In this document: one piece after another, positions 13,454-27,405 of the stretch
How positions within the stretch are numbered: the first letter of the stretch is position 1
Layout of the letters: each line of letters begins with the position of its first letter
Source of the DNA: Heptranchias perlo
Lineage: Eukaryota
Reading direction: 5' to 3'
Length of the DNA stretch: 64,000 nucleotides
Assembly (NCBI RefSeq): GCF_035084215.1
Contig: NC_090347.1
Location: 23,250,001-23,314,000 of the forward strand
Notes under the pieces: generated by a model
Databases searched by the model: none
What the model was told of the DNA's origin: nothing
Seen by the model: the letters and a program-made list of their open reading frames with translations, nothing else
Made by a program: the position numbers and the translations under genes

Positions 13454-13826
13454 TTTATTTAGTTCAAGCAGAACTTGAACTGAAATATTAATCAACAGTA
13501 ATAAAGAGTATCTAATAAACCTGGGCCATCAACTGACTAATAACTGTGTTTAGCTCAGTATTACTGTTAATAATGGGAAGAGTTTACAAAAATATTTTTA
13601 CAACACCAAATAATTTTAACTAAAAAAAAATCAATTATTTAACATTGTACATTCTTAAATGGCTATCACCATGACGAAGTTCTGTCTGGGTTTATAATCA
13701 CCACCAAGGAGGTAAATAAAAGATTTCTACTAGCAACAGAAAAATGAAATATTTCAGAATTTAAAATCAATTCTTAAACTGGCAATTATTTTTCATCTTT
13801 CACTGGAATTTCATTCTTAATTTATT
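13454..13826 (-). promoter_or_regulatory. JMJD6: JMJD6 3'UTR region with candidate polyadenylation signals
   Basis: TTTATT (AATAAA on minus) at 13821-13826 and 13454-13459, downstream of the stop at 13863. Confidence 0.35.
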
Positions 13827-13862
13827 TTAGGATGCAAAGTCGGTATTTTCCAGTGCTTCTTG

Positions 13863-13994
13863 TCACCTGGAAGAGCTGCGTTCTTTGCTCACACAGTCAT
13901 CACGAGATTGAGAACTGCCATCTTCCATCATGCTGCAGGTTCTTCTTTTCTTCCTTCGGTGTGTCATTCCATCTCCTTCAGCACCAGAGTCACA
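13863..13994 (-). CDS. JMJD6: JMJD6 coding exon 6 (last)
   Basis: ctAG|TGT GAC TCT GGT... gives [46 protein letters not shown], the JMJD6 C-terminus with basic NLS; 132 nt. Absent from the ORF track. Confidence 0.95.
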   Translation of the reverse strand, partial: CDSGAEGDGMTHRRKKRRTCSMMEDGSSQSRDDCVSKERSSSR

Positions 13995-14129
13995 CTAGTT
14001 TTCAAACAAGCAAAATGAATTTACGTAAATGAAATAAATGCATCATAAAACGGAAATGAACAGGTATTTCCTTTGAAATAACATTTGCTGGAGACATTAA
14101 ATATATTGGAAAATGCTCAAGGATGTTTT

Positions 14130-14430
14130 AAAAGTAAGATTAGAGAAATAATCCGAAGAATCATGAGCCTATTGGCTTGATAATTATGAAGAAAGCATTT
14201 ACCAATAAAGGCAGTAATTTGAATTTAATATGGGATTATGTAAGTTTATAAAACAAATGTAGCGGAACCCCCTAAATATGCAAAACAACTGTTAAATGAG
14301 AGTAATGTGGTAGATATATATCTTGACTTTCAGAAGTCACTTGTTAAGATGCCTAATAAGACCTGCGACTAAATTGAATGTTCATGGGATAGAGCAGAAT
14401 GTGGTCATTTGAATTCCAAATTGTCTACAT
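14130..14430 (+). mobile_element. Highly degraded CR1 RT fragment
   Basis: gtggtagatatatatcttgactttcagaag resembles the VDVVYMDFSK region of CR1 RT. Confidence 0.5.
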
Positions 14431-15139
14431 AAGAGGGGGAAAATGGATAATACAGTGGGCTGCACTGCACTTGTGGCAAATCTGATTTAACCACATAAAT
14501 CTGGTTACCACAAAAAGTTTTGTGGTAAATAGGCAATGTAAACTAGATAAACCATGTCTGTCTGAATCCAATGCACTGAAAACATAATGTTGTTCGTTTG
14601 TGCAAACATACCAACAATATGCATGAATATTTTCTATATATGACAATAACTCTCCTTGGCTTTTGCTTCCCCGACTCCACAGTTGATTGTCCCAATTCTT
14701 GGTTCCTCATCTTTCCATTTGAATACAACGGTCAATTGATAAATAGACAAAACAGTGCTGCACTGATTATTCTGTAATAGGTTGTAGTTCCAGCTACACA
14801 GCTGATACACAAAGGTCAGCCCTAAGATTTAAGCTGTTTACAATATTTGGATTGGCTCCCTCATTGTCCTTGCATAGAGGCAGCACTCACAGCACCAAAC
14901 CAGTGATTTTTGTGTGTGTAATTACCTTACACACTTCCAGGGACTTCCTGTCCTAATTTCCAAAAGACAGTGTAAGCAACCCAAAGACAGCGCCAACACA
15001 GGAGGAAACTTTTTTTTGTATACAGCAATAATTAACATGCTAGAAAGTCAACAAATAAAGAAAAATGCAGAAATCTCCTGACAGACAGACAAAGATCTGA
15101 TGATCTGAGCCCCCAGGTTATCTCATGGACCTCAGTTTG

Positions 15140-15500
15140 GAAACCTACGTACCAGGCCATACAGCCCGTAAGGTTCCAGGTTCAATTCCTAGTCTCTGCT
15201 GAAATGGCTAATCTCAGCTAGAGCTGCAGCAGTACATTAGAATTGGCTTCAGGATCCCTGGGTTAGAAAGGGGGGAAAAAAACAGCCAATTCTATTGGAT
15301 GACTAATTTCCAGCAGAGTGCGCATGTGGATGTTGGATGAGGACAGGATGTGATCTTTCTCTCCACCTGGTGAACACCCATAGTCTAAGTCAACATGAAG
15401 AATGGCCATTTAGCAAGGTACTGAAGGGTATTCACACCTTTGGAACCATACAAGAATGACAATCAAAACCTTCAGCAAAGGAGGGGTGAACAATAGAGAA
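15140..15500 (+). mobile_element. Family B SINE
   Basis: aaggttccaggttcaattcctagtctctgctgaaatggctaatctcagctag...gggttagaaagggggaaaa; shared with copies at 25455, 28825 and 38060. Confidence 0.55.
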
Positions 15501-16809
15501 TTTTAAAAAAAAAGTCAGGATGGTAGTATCAACGTTATAATGTTGAAGCATGCAAATGATATCAAGTCGCATGGGTAAACAGGATGCTTACAGCAAAACA
15601 TAGAATTCAGAGAAATCTGCAGAGATCTAACAAATGGGCAGATGAAATGCAAATGTTATTTAATGTTCAGAAATGCAAAGCAATATATCTCAGTGCTAAA
15701 AGTATGATGGGTGTATTAAAATATGTGCCCTCAAACTAACTAAAGTTGGGGTATAATGATTCTTTTAATTCCAATACATTTTGATTGAATAATTTAATCT
15801 CTAGGAACAGTCTGATCGTGTGTGGTTTTATACTGCTGCTAAAGCTTGACATTTTTCACTTCGGTAGTTTGAATGACCTTTGCTTCCAATTTCTTTGCAA
15901 AGGATATCATCCCTAACAAACTGCCTTGGTGCTTTACCACAGAGAATTAATAAACCTGGTGTCTCAGAATGGGGTCAGATACATCCAGAAAAATGGAGGG
16001 AATTTAGGCTTCATAGGAGCAAGATAGTTAGAGTTAGTCCCCAGTTTTTAAATTTCTGTGGAAGGTGGTGTATGCACTCAGAGTTACTGTGGCAGTTTGA
16101 TAGTAATATCGATCCTTTTTTATAGTGCAGCATATTTAGCAGCTGCAATTTAGGTATGAAGAATAAATGTTGGATTTGTGGATGTTTTGAATGGAAAGTG
16201 GTGTAGCTTTTGCCATAAATCTACCAGGTCTAAAACTGTCATCTTTAATTGTGGAGTTGTGGTATTGACTAGTTTATCAATTTTTGGATTGAGGCAATAA
16301 AGTATCTATACATTAAGACTAAAGTGCTGGGGTGAATGTTCTATGTACATGAACCCTTCCCTCACTAGTTTAAGAGCAAGTCTCTTTTCTACCATAGCCA
16401 TGATAATTTTTACTATCAGGGCTCAGGTTTTGTGCATTAGAACCACCCCTCATTTCTCTGAAGAGGACTGGGAGCAATACACAATTTGTGCATTTTCATC
16501 TCTTTTTCATTATCCACATCATTTAGGTGGGTTTTTGCAGATATGCAGTTTGCCCTTTCTTTATAAATTCTGAATTGTAGCAACATTAAAAACTTGGCAT
16601 TTATTTAATTTGAAAGCACTTAGATAAGAGGAATATTTCATGAAAGCCCAAAGCGCAGGTAACAACAGTTTCATAAGGGTCTCGTGTCCCATGGATTAGT
16701 ACCTTGAACGTAGTTGTTTATTATTCACAATAATTTTTTTTTTAATTGCTGAAGGGCCAAGGAACATCACCAAGATTGAAAAAGATAGGAGGGAAGGTGA
16801 GGTAATTCA

Positions 16810-17700
16810 GTTATCCAGCTCTACATCTCCAGCACCTCTCTCGACCCCTCCAATGCCTCTTTGCTGTAAGATTGCTTGTCCGATTTACAGACTGGTGGAG
16901 CTACAGCTCCTGCAGTTAAGCAATGGGAAGGCTGGAGCCATTGTCTTCTGCCTCAGCCACAAACTCCATACACTTGCCACTGATTCTACCCCCCCAAGCC
17001 GTTGTCTCAGACTGAACCAGACTGTTCACAATCTCTGCATCATATTCGACCCCAAGCTCAACTTCTGACCCCACATAGTCTCCATTACAAGACCTCCTAC
17101 CTCGGTAAAATCGCTCGCCTCCGCCTCAGCCCATCTGCCACTGAAACTCTCATCCATGCCTTTCTCACCTCCGGACTCAACTATTCCAAGGCTCCCGTAG
17201 ATAGCCTCCCATCCCCTACTCTCCAAAACTCTGCTGCCTGTATCCTATCCCGCACCAAGTCACTATTACCCATCACCCCTCCAGTTGCTGACCTCCACAT
17301 TGCTCCCAATCCGATGCTTCCAATTTAAAATTCTCATCCTTATGTTTAAATCCATTCATGGCCTTATCCCTCCCTATCTCTGTAACTTCCTCCAGCCCTA
17401 CAATCCCTCCCAAACTCTCCATTCTTCTTCCTCTGGTCTTTTGTGCATTTCCACCTTCACCCCATCATTGGAGGCCCCACGCTCTGGAATTCCTTTCATA
17501 AAATCCTTGATCTCTTCACCTCCCTCTCCTTTAATACCCTCCTTAAAACCCACTTCTTTGACTAAGCTTTTGGTTACCCCTCCTAATATCTCCTTCTTTG
17601 TCTCGACCTCCGTTTTTGTCTGATTATGCCTCTGTGAAGTTTGGGACTTTTTTCTATATTAAAAGTGCTGTATAAATGCAAGTTATTGTTGTGGTTGTTG
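16810..17700 (+). mobile_element. L2-clade LINE 3' fragment
   Basis: Degraded ORF2 C-terminus (ETLIHAF..S.L.Y, LQNSAA.IL, FKILIL.FKSIHG..P.YL) and tail GCTGTATAAATGCAAGTT(RTT)n. Confidence 0.85.
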
Positions 17701-19799
17701 TAGTAATCATTAGAAAACACCGAGCTAAGGATCCAAAAATCTGAATTTTACAAGAAGGAAAGAGTAGAAGAGGTAAAGAGCTCCATGGTTATGAGAATCT
17801 GGGAAAGAATGAATTGAAGTAGAAGGCACATTCATGGCACTTGCTCATGCATTAAGCTAGCAGTCAGCATTCCAACCCATGAAGGCAGCCTATTAGCATT
17901 TCAGAAATCAAGTCATTTTTTTCACTGGGATGAGAGTTTGATAGTACGACCCAATAAAATCAACAATTTGTTTTCTAAATCACAAGTTAGTAGGTGGGAC
18001 TGGTGGCTGTTTCTCTCTCTCTCTCTCTCTCTGATAGTTGCACACAAACTTGAGGCAGAGAACAATTAAGATGGTTCCTGAGACGTACAGTTACAGTCTG
18101 TTTAAAAAGTGTTTATTTCCAAAGAAATTATATATAATCACTAAGTTGCTAAACTGCAGCTTTTCAAAAAAACTTGTTTACCTCAAAATAACTTTTTGTG
18201 GTATCCCAGCTGTTATTTTATATGAAGCTTTATTTTCTTCAAAACTGTCTGTGGTTGCTTTTTTGAGATACGAGATAAACAAGATAACAAGCAACTCTTT
18301 ATCAGTCTTAAAGTGTGTCTAATAATCTTAGCTGTTGGTCTTGCTGTAGCTATTTTCTTTATCTTCCCTGCCCCCCTCCAGAATATACTTTTGCTTAATT
18401 TACATTTTCCTCTGTGCTTAGTCCTGTTCTTTCCAGAAATCTCTCCACGTCTGTGTCCATTTTTTCTGTTCTTTTCTCCCCCTTTCTCTGTTGAATTTGA
18501 AGAAAAGGGAGCAAAAGAAAAAAGAAATGGAAAAGCCTAAATCAGAATAAAACACAAGTGAAATATCCTTCTGATTGCAATGACCATAACTCCAATTTGA
18601 ATTAATTAAAATCACTTGCTCACCCTATGCAATACTATCATTTGCCTTCCTGGGTCCTGTTCTAGATGGATGTCCTTGCTTTTATTCCTGTTCTCTTATT
18701 ATTTTGCTTTCATCTCTTTATGGAAAATAAAATGGATTTCCCACATCCATTCACCACCTTCCTTTATATAAATATAATGGCAAATGAGGTTATCTATTTC
18801 CCATCTCTCACTACACAATGCAAGAACTGCGTAACCATTTCTCGTACCCCAAATAGTAACTGTTGATATCTTTTGGGGTGATGATCAAGGTGAAGGATGT
18901 CAGTACTGGAGAATGTAAACTTTTTGTGCTCAGTGTCAAGCACTTCAAGACCAGGTTTAATGTCTATCAGATGCAAAGTAAAAACTGTCAACAATCTGCC
19001 ATGACGGAGTCATTAAAAAAGCATCACTGTTGCTCTGCTGTGACACTGCTATTTTCTCACACCAGCCACCCTAAAGCCTGAGTGAGAAGTACCAAATTCT
19101 GGCCATTTTTTGTGCTATGGCCTCTTGCCAACAGGGAGGAGGTGGTTGAGACATGACTCACACCATCCCATTAATCAGGGCTGAATTAACACCTAGGCCA
19201 GAGGCAAGCAATGAAAGAAAGAAAATGTTTTTCCTAATCTATTGTGTGACACACTCCCACTAGATTCAATATGTTAAAATCCACAAACACTGAAATATTA
19301 GTGAAGTTTCTTTTGCATTATTGTTAATTTTCCAAATCTGTCTGCAATCATTCTCCACCTTCTTCATTTCAAGCTGTTGGTTTCTCTATTCTATTCATAA
19401 TATCTTTTATTTTCTAGTTTTCCATTCCTTTCTTCCCCCTTCATTACTGCCATTTTGGGAAAGTTCCTTAAACTATTTCCCACAACTTTGCCTGTACATG
19501 GCAGATTTATTGTAAGAATCTCTGGACATCTTTCAGTGCCAGTAGCATGTGTTCCAAATATTTGTGCAGGGGTCTGAGATTGCTGGTAAAGCATAACGTA
19601 TAAACTCCTAGATTTTGTTTCATTCAAATCCTCCCATTTGTTTAGCCTGTAATAGACGTTTAATGTATGATGCTACAGTAATTGTGTCGGCCAAAATGAC
19701 CTCACTCTTTAGTGGCTGCAAGCAGTTTTTTTACTTTTGTCTTGATTTATAAAAAAAATTACTATAAACATTATCAATCAATCTGAAGACTGTTTGTTG

Positions 19800-22190
19800 T
19801 GTTCTCTGCAAAATATGTCCTAGAACCAACAAAGGGGCAGTCCATATTAGATTTAATAATGAGTAATGAGCCAGATTTAGTTAACAGCCTAACGGTGCGT
19901 GAACATTTACCTAATAGCGATCATAATACGATCGAGTTCAACGTTAGTTTGAAAGGGAGACAACTGTATCAGCTTCTAAGATTCTAAATTTAGGTAAGGC
20001 CAACTTCAACGGGATGAGACAGAGACTGTCCACGGTAAACTGGGGAAATCTGTTAATGGGTAAAATGACAGACGATCAGTGGGAGGTGTTCAAAAAAGAA
20101 TTTAATGTGATACAGAATTAGTTTATACCCCTAAGGGGCAAGAGCTTTACTTGCCAAGAAAAACAGCTATGGATGACAAAAGACGTAAGGGACAACATAA
20201 AACTAAAAGAAAAAGCATACAAAAATGCAAAAAATAGCACAGATCCTGGCGACTGGAAGAGATACAAAGAACAGCAAAGGGAGACAAAACAGATAATAAG
20301 AGCTACAAAAAGGGAGTATGAAAAGAAACTTGCAAGGGATATCAAAATCAACACAAAAATTTTTTACAATTATATTAGGAAAAAGAGGGTGGTCAAGAGC
20401 AATGTGGGCCCTTTAAAAACTAATAATGGTGATATTGTAAATGAAAATAAGGAAATGGCAGACATGTTAAATAATTACTTTGTGTCAATATTTATAGTAG
20501 AAGAGGACAGTATGCTGGACAACCTAAGGAAACTAATTTTGAATCAGGGACAGGGACTTACCATAATTAACGTAAGCAAATTTACAGTAATGAAGAAAAT
20601 AATGGCACTAAAGAGCAACAAGTCCCCAGGACCAGATGGTTTCCATCCCAGGGTTTTAAAGAAAGTAGGTAAGAACATTGCAGAAGCCCTAACTATAATC
20701 TTCCAAAGTTCTCTCGATTCAGGAACCGTTCCTTTAGATTGGAAAATTGCACATCACTACGCTATTTAAGAAAGGTGAGAGAGGGAAACCAGGGTATTAT
20801 AGACCAGTTAGCCTAACTTCTGTTGTCGGGAAATTACTAGAGTCTATAATTAAGGATCGAGTGACTGAACACCTTGAAAATTTTCAGCTGATCAGAGAGA
20901 GCATGGATTTGTGAAGGGTAGGGCATGCCTGACGAATCTGATTGAATTTTTTGAAAGTAGTGGGCAGGGGAATGTCTATGGATGTTGTTTATATGGACTT
21001 CCAGAAGGCATTGGATAAAGTCCCTCATAAGAGTCTGTGAGCTAAAGTTGAAGCTCATGGAATTGAGGGCAAATTATTGACCTGGTTAGGAAATTGGCTG
21101 AGCAGCAGGAGACAAAAACTAGGGATAAATGGCAGGTACTCAAATTAGCAGGATGTGACTAGTGGTGTCCCACAGGGATCTATATTGGGGCCTCAACTAT
21201 TCACCGTATTTATCAATGACATAGATGACGGGATAGAAAACCACATATACAAGTTTGCCGATGACGCAAAGATAGGCAGCACTGTAAGTAGTGTAGATGA
21301 AAGCATAAAATTACAGAGAGGTATTAATAGATTAAGTGAATGGGCAAAACTGTGGCAAATGGATTTCTGTGTAGGCAAGTGTGAAGTCATTCACTTTGGA
21401 CCTATAAAGGATAGATCAGAGTACTTTCTAAATGGTTAAAAGCTCGAAACAGCAGAGGTCCAATGAGACTTAGGGGTCCATGTATATAGGTCATTAAAAT
21501 GTCATGGACAGGTTCGGAAAATAATCAAATAGGCTAATGGAATGCTGGTCTTTATATCTAGAGGACTAGAATACAAGGAGGTAGACGTTATGCTGCAGCT
21601 ATACAAAGCCCTGGTTAGACCACACCTGGAGTACTGTGTTCAGTTCTGGGCACTGCTCCTTAGGAAGGATGTATTGGCCTTGGAGGGAGTGCAGCTTAGA
21701 TTTACTGGAATGATACCTGGACTCCAAGGGTTAAATTACGAGGAGAGATTACACAAACTAGGGTTGTATTCCCTGGAATTTAGAAGATTATGGGATGATC
21801 TGATCGAAGTTTTCAAGATATTAAGGGGAACTGATAGAGTAGATAGAGAGAAACTATTTCTGCTGGTTGGGGAGTCCAGGACTAGGGGACATAGCCTAAA
21901 AATTAGAGCCAGGACTTTCAGGAGTGAAGTTAGGAAACACTTCTACACGCAAAGGGTGGTAGACGTTTGGAACTCTCTTCCACAAACGGCAGTTGATGAA
22001 AGCTCAATTGTTCATTTTAAATCTGAGATTGATAGATTTTTGTTAACCAAAAGTCTTAAGGGATATGGGGCTAAAGTGGGTATATGGGGATAAAGTGGGT
22101 ATATGGAATTAGGTCACACATCAGCCACGATCTCATTGAATGGCAGCACAGGCCCGAGGGATGAAATGGCCTACTCTTGTTCCTATGTTC
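19800..22190 (+). mobile_element. CR1 LINE ORF2 (end of endonuclease through RT and 3'UTR), disrupted; in JMJD6 intron 5
   Basis: ORF fragments with LDLIMSN..SDHN (APE end), [45 protein letters not shown]; frameshifts and stops. Confidence 0.92.
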
Positions 22191-23127
22191 AATGTGAAGG
22201 TAGATTTCTGCCCTACTCCAACTTTTTTTAAAACAAAAAAAAACACAAGTCCAATTTCTTAGCTGCCCTGATAAAGCACAGACCAAAATACCGTTGATAA
22301 AACTCAAATTGGGGCCATCTAGCTTTCTACTTCATCGTTGCTCCATCAGGTAGGCTTCACTTACTGTAGCTTTAATGATAGATTGCCTCCAAGCTCCCTT
22401 GTATGATTGTTACCAATATTCAAAAGGCTTTACTCTCTTACTACCCCTGTAAATCTAGGTTAATCTGTCTTGCCCTTCTTAACCACTTAAGTTTGCTTTG
22501 TCAGCATTTCCTTCCCTTTCTCCACTCATGGGTGCATATTTTTTTTCCAGAATTCCCCACTCCTCTGGATAGAGGCAATTTATTTATATCTTCAGGGATC
22601 ATTTACCAGGCAACTTTTTTTGTTTAAAACTTTTTACCAAGACCAAGCACAGATCATGGCAATACTACCATTTAGTTCAGATGGTAGCAGAAAAATGCAC
22701 TTTGCATTTGAAAAATAAAAATTTAAACAGTATGCAACTGTTTGAAAAAATCAGCTTCCCTCAACGGTGGGGTGGTTATTTTGATGAGCAGGTGCACAAT
22801 ACTACTTATTATAGTAGGCAAGTACTCAATCAAAGGGAAGGATATATGATTGAATTTTCAAGTGAGATATACAGGATCATACATTGTATTGCATTCTTAC
22901 ATAATGTTATAATTCTTAAAGTTATTAAAACGAAACATTTCTTTACCTCGTAAGTTTTGCTTTTGACTTTTTCATTTCCAACTATAGGAGTAGGAATTCA
23001 TGATTCCAATTAGATTTACTGGAAATGTATTATAGCTTTTACCAAATTCTACTGACCACACCATAAATGAAAATAGACAAATGACATGCAACCCAATTAT
23101 TTGCAGGAAAGGAAAATAAGTTCTCAC

Positions 23128-23266
23128 CTCTGAGTCAGAATCTGAGGAACTAGAACTAGACGAACTGGAGGAATCGCTTGAGCTGTCTGATGCAATACCC
23201 GTGGACTCCTGCAGGTCAACTAAATCTGCTGCTACAGCAAGTTCTGGCCGTTCCTGCTTTAAAATC
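23128..23266 (-). CDS. JMJD6: JMJD6 coding exon 5 (poly-serine region)
   Basis: gcAG|G ATT TTA AAG CAG...[46 protein letters not shown]|GTGAGA; 139 nt. Confidence 0.96.
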
Positions 23267-24639
23267 CTGCCAGAACACAAAAGCAGAAAAAGTTTGATTC
23301 TTCTCGATGAAGCATAGGTAAACTTGCCAAAACCCAGCACAAAATAAAAATTGTACAAAAATAACCTACACCTTAATTTACCCAATTCATTTGTTTTTCT
23401 TAAGAGCTACATAAGTTCAAACTAATTTAGTGTTACTGCAGTGCACTTGTTTACAGTTTACGGTCTCATTTATCACCGTTAAATCCCATTTAAACTGAAG
23501 AATTCATTCTGATGTGAATTCAATCTACACTCCAATTCATACTAAAAGAGGAGATATATAAGGTGCAATACATTAAGGTATTCCACGTTTTCCTCATTTG
23601 CAGAATTTATTCAGATCTGAAGACAGGGACTACCTCCCTATGTCGGTCACTGATACCATCCACAGCATATTTATTCCATATGGCTCCCTGAGACTGACAT
23701 TTCCAGGGATCAATGGAAAAACACTAAGTGATTAAAAACCAAAAACTTTTTTTAAAAAGTTACAGCTCAGGGACAAACTCTGTGGTAAGTACTTATCAGA
23801 GTTGGCATTTACCTGTCGAATTACATTCCTCCTTCATACTTGGTGTTTAAGGTTCACTGAAATGGTTTTCACCACAATATCCCAAATGCTCAGCTCTTGG
23901 TGTCAGTTGTACTATCAGGAAAAGATTGTACTAAACGAAGGGACGAAAAAAATTGGAGGTACGAGTCTCCCTAGGACCATTCTTGTATTTTATAGCAGGA
24001 GGTTCAACAACAGCACTGGTAAAGATCTTTAAGTGGAACAATGTGGAAGTTTTTATTTTAAATGTAGCAGATTCAGAACCACATTTGTTAATTTCTAGAT
24101 GATCTGAACCAGACAAAGCTCCATGTGCATAGATAAAACCGCATGAAGCAAAGTACCTTTCAATTTTCATTTCAGTACTCATTAGAACTTCATATATAAA
24201 AACAATATTTAAAAAAAAACACATTTTTGGTCTGTAAGCAGATTATTCAGATGTTCAATATAGAAATGATCCCATGTGCAATTACACTACGCTTGTACAA
24301 GCTGATGAAGTATTAAGAAATGAAGCAGTTTGAGCCTTGTATACTATGAACAAAGCCACAATGCATGCCATGACTTAGAGCCAATGATTCTTGGTTCTCT
24401 TCAATTTCAAGGATCTAGCCACAAAATTCAGCAAAGAGATTACACAATGTACTAGAGCCAAGTCACGAATACAAGTCACACAAAGAGTAACAATAGAATG
24501 AACTATGTGGTTCCCAACTGAGATGACAGGTAAACAGTTTGTTCCCAGACCTCCTCATTACTGCTGTATAACTATCTTATTTCTGTTTCTTTGGGTCCAA
24601 GAGGGAGAAAATAAACTATAATTTCAGGAAACTTTTGAT

Positions 24640-25450
24640 AAAAGTTCAACATTTGTGATCATGGAACAGAAGGTAAAGTGTAGTGCTGGTTCTAAAATTG
24701 TCTTGAAAGCAGGCAAAAGAGCGCAGCCATAAATGGGAACTTTTGAGGCTGAAAATATTACAAGTAGGTTACATCAGAGGTCTGCTTACAGCTTTTACTT
24801 TTTAAAAATATATATTAATGATTTATTAAGTAAAATCTCCAAGATTGCAGATGATATAAAAATAGGAGGCAGCACAAATAATGAGGAAAAATTTCAGATT
24901 CAGAAAAATAACTAGATTCAGAAGGATCTAAGATCTTTTGGATTACAGGGCCAAAAAGTGGTAGATTCAAATCAATGTGGACCAATAAAATAATTAGTAT
25001 TAGTGCAAAGAAATAGAAGATGTTGTTTCCACTAAATGGTACAATGATTTAACAGTGCTGATCAAGACAGATATCCAAGGTTGAGCTGCAATAAAAAAAG
25101 GCAATTCAGGTACTTGGTTGCATTATCAGAGGTATGGAGATGTTGCATTATTATTGTGTAAGGAGTTTGCCAGACCCATCTGGAGTACTGTGTATAGTCT
25201 GGTCACCCTATTGCAGGAAGGATAGTGTTGCCCTTGAGCAGGTAGGGATGTGCAAACAATACTAATTCTACATATCTCGAATTAAATTTAAAAGGAAAGA
25301 TTAATGAAGTTGGGCTTGTTTTCTTATTGAAAAAACTTCAAGATATTCAATTGAAGTTTCCAGTTTATTAGAAGAATTGACAAATTGATCTGTGCAAATT
25401 GTTTACCACGATGAAAGGGTTCAAATATCAGGGGACACATTAAATATTAG
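24640..25450 (+). mobile_element. Degraded CR1 RT/3' fragment
   Basis: IYINDL..KISKIADDIKIGG and ccagacccatctggagtactgtgtatagtctggtcaccc (RPHLEYCVQFWSP-like). Confidence 0.75.
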
Positions 25451-25454
25451 GACA

Positions 25455-25750
25455 TTAGGCTCTTCTAATAGCTCAGGTGACTAAGGCAGTGAGTAAATGA
25501 GCCACATAGATCAGAAACATTGCAGGTTCAATCCCAGTCTGTATTGAATTAGCCAATCTCAGCTCGGCAACAGCAAGGGCACTAATTAATCTCGGCGTCC
25601 CAAGGTTAGGAAAGTTAAAATTGGCCAGGACCCCATATAATTTTCCAGCAACGTCTGCTGATACTGCGTGTGTGTGAAAATCACTTCACTTCAGCAAAGT
25701 ACGGTAGAGCACAAGACACCAGCAAAACCATATCCAGCAAGGAGAGGTAA
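25455..25750 (+). mobile_element. Family B SINE
   Basis: A-box-like TAGCTCAGGTG and B-box-like GGTTCAATCCC, followed by the family B body. Confidence 0.55.
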
Positions 25751-25949
25751 AACTCAGCAGGAACACTGACCATGTAAAGTTCCCATAAACTGACTGAAGA
25801 ATCATGTTTTCACTTTGCACTCAGTAACAGAATCAAATGCTCTTCCATGAGGTATGACATGTGCCAAAAGGATTGCAAAGCTTCCTTAAATTGCCCTTAC
25901 AATGTACCTTAAAGGTGCACAGTTAGCGTAGCACTTCAGGAGGGAGGAG

Positions 25950-26520
25950 AGGTTAGGAATAAGAAGGTAAGTCAGGTAGAACTTTGTCACCAAAAGGGTA
26001 ACAGAATTGTGGAATAAGTTACCATGAAAAGCCATTGAAGTAGATAGAATAAATGGGTAGAAGAGATAATTAGATAAGTTTCTGGATAGAGAAGGGATAT
26101 GGTAAGAAAGTGGGCAGATGGTATTGGTCTGAATAAGGAATGGGCCTATTGGGCTTAATGGTGATTTCCTGTCCCTAAAAATTCTCATTCCCTCCTCTTT
26201 CTTTTGCTAATTCTTTCTGCTCCCTCTCTCTCCAGCTTCTTTACTGGGGTACAGTTCCTCTGGTACCTCGTCCAAGTAGCTATTCATCATATGTGAACAC
26301 TGACAGAGAATATCCGCCATGGGAGATCAGAGCCACACCTAATCCTGTCCTCACCCAACACCCGCGCATATGTGCTTCCTACATAGGGCAATGGATAGAA
26401 CCCCTGATTCAAGGACACCGAGACAAGCTATATGTCCCTGGCTGAGATCAAGTAACTCAGCACTGAATCAAAACTGGAACTTTCCTGGTCTGTATGGCTC
26501 AACTACTTACTGCCTTAATA
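25950..26520. mobile_element. CR1 3' fragment (+, ~25950-26190) followed by family B SINE (-, ~26250-26520)
   Basis: aactttgtcaccaaaagggtaacagaattgtggaataag is CR1 3'-like; tggctgagatcaagtaactcagcactgaatc...ttcctggtctgtatggctca is the reverse complement of the family B head. Confidence 0.5.
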
Positions 26521-26702
26521 GGCTTCAGGCAATGTGCTTCACATAGAAGCAGAAGTACAAACTAAGAAAAGGCTATTTTCCGATCAATACCATTTCTTAA
26601 CTCATTTACATTATGCACCATCACTGACCCAGCATAAACAATATCTCCTGAAAATCAATAGCCTACTTCTCTTTGGATAATAATTATTTCCAGCTGAGAT
26701 TA

Positions 26703-26915
<213 letters not shown>

Positions 26916-27212
26916 CTAATTACTGACAGACCGAGAATTGCATTGGAGAGGTCCAGACCCCGTTTCTGACCCATACTTCTCAGTGTAAATGAAACTAGGC
27001 TAAAATAGTTTCACCTTTTCTAAGATTCATAGAATGTTACAGTAGACACAGGCCATTCAGCCCATCAAATCTGTGTGGTGTTTTCCACCACATGAACCAC
27101 CTAACCTAATCTCACTTTCCTTGTCCCCGTGCCTTTACATATTCCTATTTTTTCAAGCAAGTAATTAATTACCTCTTAAAATAATCAATTCATGAACATT
27201 AATAATTACAAT

Positions 27213-27405
27213 TCCTTGTCAACTTTTCCATTATGTCCATACTTACAATGGAAACTGCCTATCTAAACTTGTCACACTGTAATTATGACCTCATCCCAGT
27301 GGAGGTGGTGCAGCACCATCAGAAGTAGGAGGGTTTAATTACAGTGTGCTAAGTTTACATAGGCATTTTCATTATAACTGTGGATATCGGAATTTGTAAC
27401 AGAAA
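27213..27405. mobile_element. Palindromic MITE-like element; second copy at ~40457-40610
   Basis: Arms AATGGAAACTGCCTATCTAAACTTGTCACACTGTAATTA (27247-27285) and TAATTACAGTGTGCTAAGTTTACATAGGCATTTTCATT (27336-27373). Confidence 0.7.

Noticed and set aside
22972-23385. ORF-track products extending beyond exon limits (also 29568-29921, 43194-43604, 50513-50761)
   Set aside because: Only the parts between GT/AG boundaries resemble JMJD6/METTL23; the extensions are intronic read-through.
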